Shown here: positions 57,794-58,670 of the stretch, in pieces
Layout of the letters: each line of letters starts with the position of its first letter
Numbering within the stretch: position 1 is the stretch's first letter
Assembly: GCA_963746845.1 (NCBI GenBank)
Contig: CAVVCZ010000012.1
Location: forward strand, 1-58,670
Length of the DNA stretch: 58,670 bases
Direction of reading: 5' to 3'
Source: an uncultured Chloroflexia bacterium
Lineage (GTDB): Bacteria > Chloroflexota > Limnocylindria > Limnocylindrales > CSP1-4
The notes under the pieces: generated by a model
Seen by the model: the letters and a program-made list of their open reading frames with translations, nothing else
What the model was told of the DNA's origin: nothing
The model's database searches: none
Made by a program: the position numbers and the translations under genes

Positions 57794-58664
57794 CCGGGCG
57801 CGGCTCGCGGCACTCCCCGACGACGCGTTCGGCGCGGCCCTGCGCGAGCTCGGCGGCGCCCTCGACATGCCGAGGCTCGCGACAACCGTCGACGGGACGG
57901 ACCTTGCCCGGCGCGTGCGGCAGCGGATCGAAGCGTCCGGTCAGGCCGTGCCGCGAACGGGCCTCCTCGAGCGGCTGGGCCTCGCCCATCCCGGTGGACG
58001 ACCCGTTCGTCGCGGCCTCGTCCTGGCGCTCGCGGCCCTATTCGTCGTCGCCGCGGTCGCTGGCGCCGTCGGCTTCGGGTTGCCCGGCCTCCGGATCGTC
58101 TTCGGTCCAACGCCATCGGCGTCGGCATCGCCATCGTCGAGCACTGCGGCGGCATCGCCGACCCCGAGCCCGACACCCGGGCCGCCCGGATCCCTCCTCC
58201 GCCTCGGCGAGCCGGTGACGCTGGACGAGGCGCGTGCGCGGGCCGGCTACCCGCTCCTCGTGCCGGCCGACCCACGCCTGGGCCCGCCCGACGCGGTCTG
58301 GATCGACGAGCTCAAGCGCGTGACCCTCGTCTGGACGCCCCGGCCGGGGATCCCGGCGGAGAGCGAGTCCGGTCTCGGTGTCGTGCTCTCGCAGTTCCCC
58401 GGCCGGATCGACAGCGGCTACTTCGAGAAGATCCTGAGGCCGGGCACGACGATCGTGCCGGTCACCGTCGGCGGGCACGACGGCTACTGGATCGCGGGCT
58501 CGCCCCACGAGTTCGTCTATGTCGGCCCCGGCAACGAGGTCGTGTACGACAGCAGACGGCTCGCCGGGGACACGCTCGCCTGGTCGGTGGACGGCACGAC
58601 GTACCGGGTCGAGACGGGCCTCGGACAGGCCGAGGCGATCCGGATCGCGGAGTCGCTCCACTGA
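57786..58664 (+). CDS. Putative membrane-bound anti-sigma factor
   Basis: Overlaps the sigma stop; N-terminal cytoplasmic helix, TM, Ser/Pro linker, extracytoplasmic domain ending EAIRIAESL. Confidence 0.75.
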   Translation: MTDRARLAALPDDAFGAALRELGGALDMPRLATTVDGTDLARRVRQRIEASGQAVPRTGLLERLGLAHPGGRPVRRGLVLALAALFVVAAVAGAVGFGLPGLRIVFGPTPSASASPSSSTAAASPTPSPTPGPPGSLLRLGEPVTLDEARARAGYPLLVPADPRLGPPDAVWIDELKRVTLVWTPRPGIPAESESGLGVVLSQFPGRIDSGYFEKILRPGTTIVPVTVGGHDGYWIAGSPHEFVYVGPGNEVVYDSRRLAGDTLAWSVDGTTYRVETGLGQAEAIRIAESLH

Positions 58665-58670
58665 CGGGTC

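Overview
High-GC bacterial chromosomal segment, densely coding, with about 55 genes. Gene content and style suggest a soil/freshwater Chloroflexota- or Actinomycetota-like lineage; this is inference only. I found no rRNA, tRNA, CRISPR array, integrase or transposase. Contents from start to end: a partial LLM oxidoreductase plus dihydropyrimidinase; an RsbW/STAS/PP2C partner-switching module followed by a degenerate-GGDEF membrane protein; two Lgt paralogues (one degenerate); a SARP/BTAD regulator; mdh and pckA; reverse-transsulfuration genes; a MenA-like prenyltransferase; an MFS-cNMP fusion; an Lrp-ECF sigma-anti-sigma operon; esterases; a ferritin-like/VIT1 fusion; a penicillin-acylase-family enzyme; a short sufB-sufD-Rieske operon with a palindromic operator; Eis, NUDIX, YcaQ-like and CAP proteins; TetR/PTE/MMPL; and a class III aminotransferase. 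Near the end, a compositionally distinct block pairs a large Ig-repeat secreted protein with a soluble-adenylyl-cyclase-like tandem cyclase-STAND-TPR protein. Notable signals are pervasive leaderless-type promoters (including back-to-back pairs), 11-bp-phased heptamers at the pckA promoter, small unannotated membrane proteins (one with a switch-like leader), and an LPxTG-like 'VPPTD' sorting signal. Three genes are frameshifted, probably by assembly indels. All coordinates and pairings were read by eye, and product calls come from motif recognition, not database searches.
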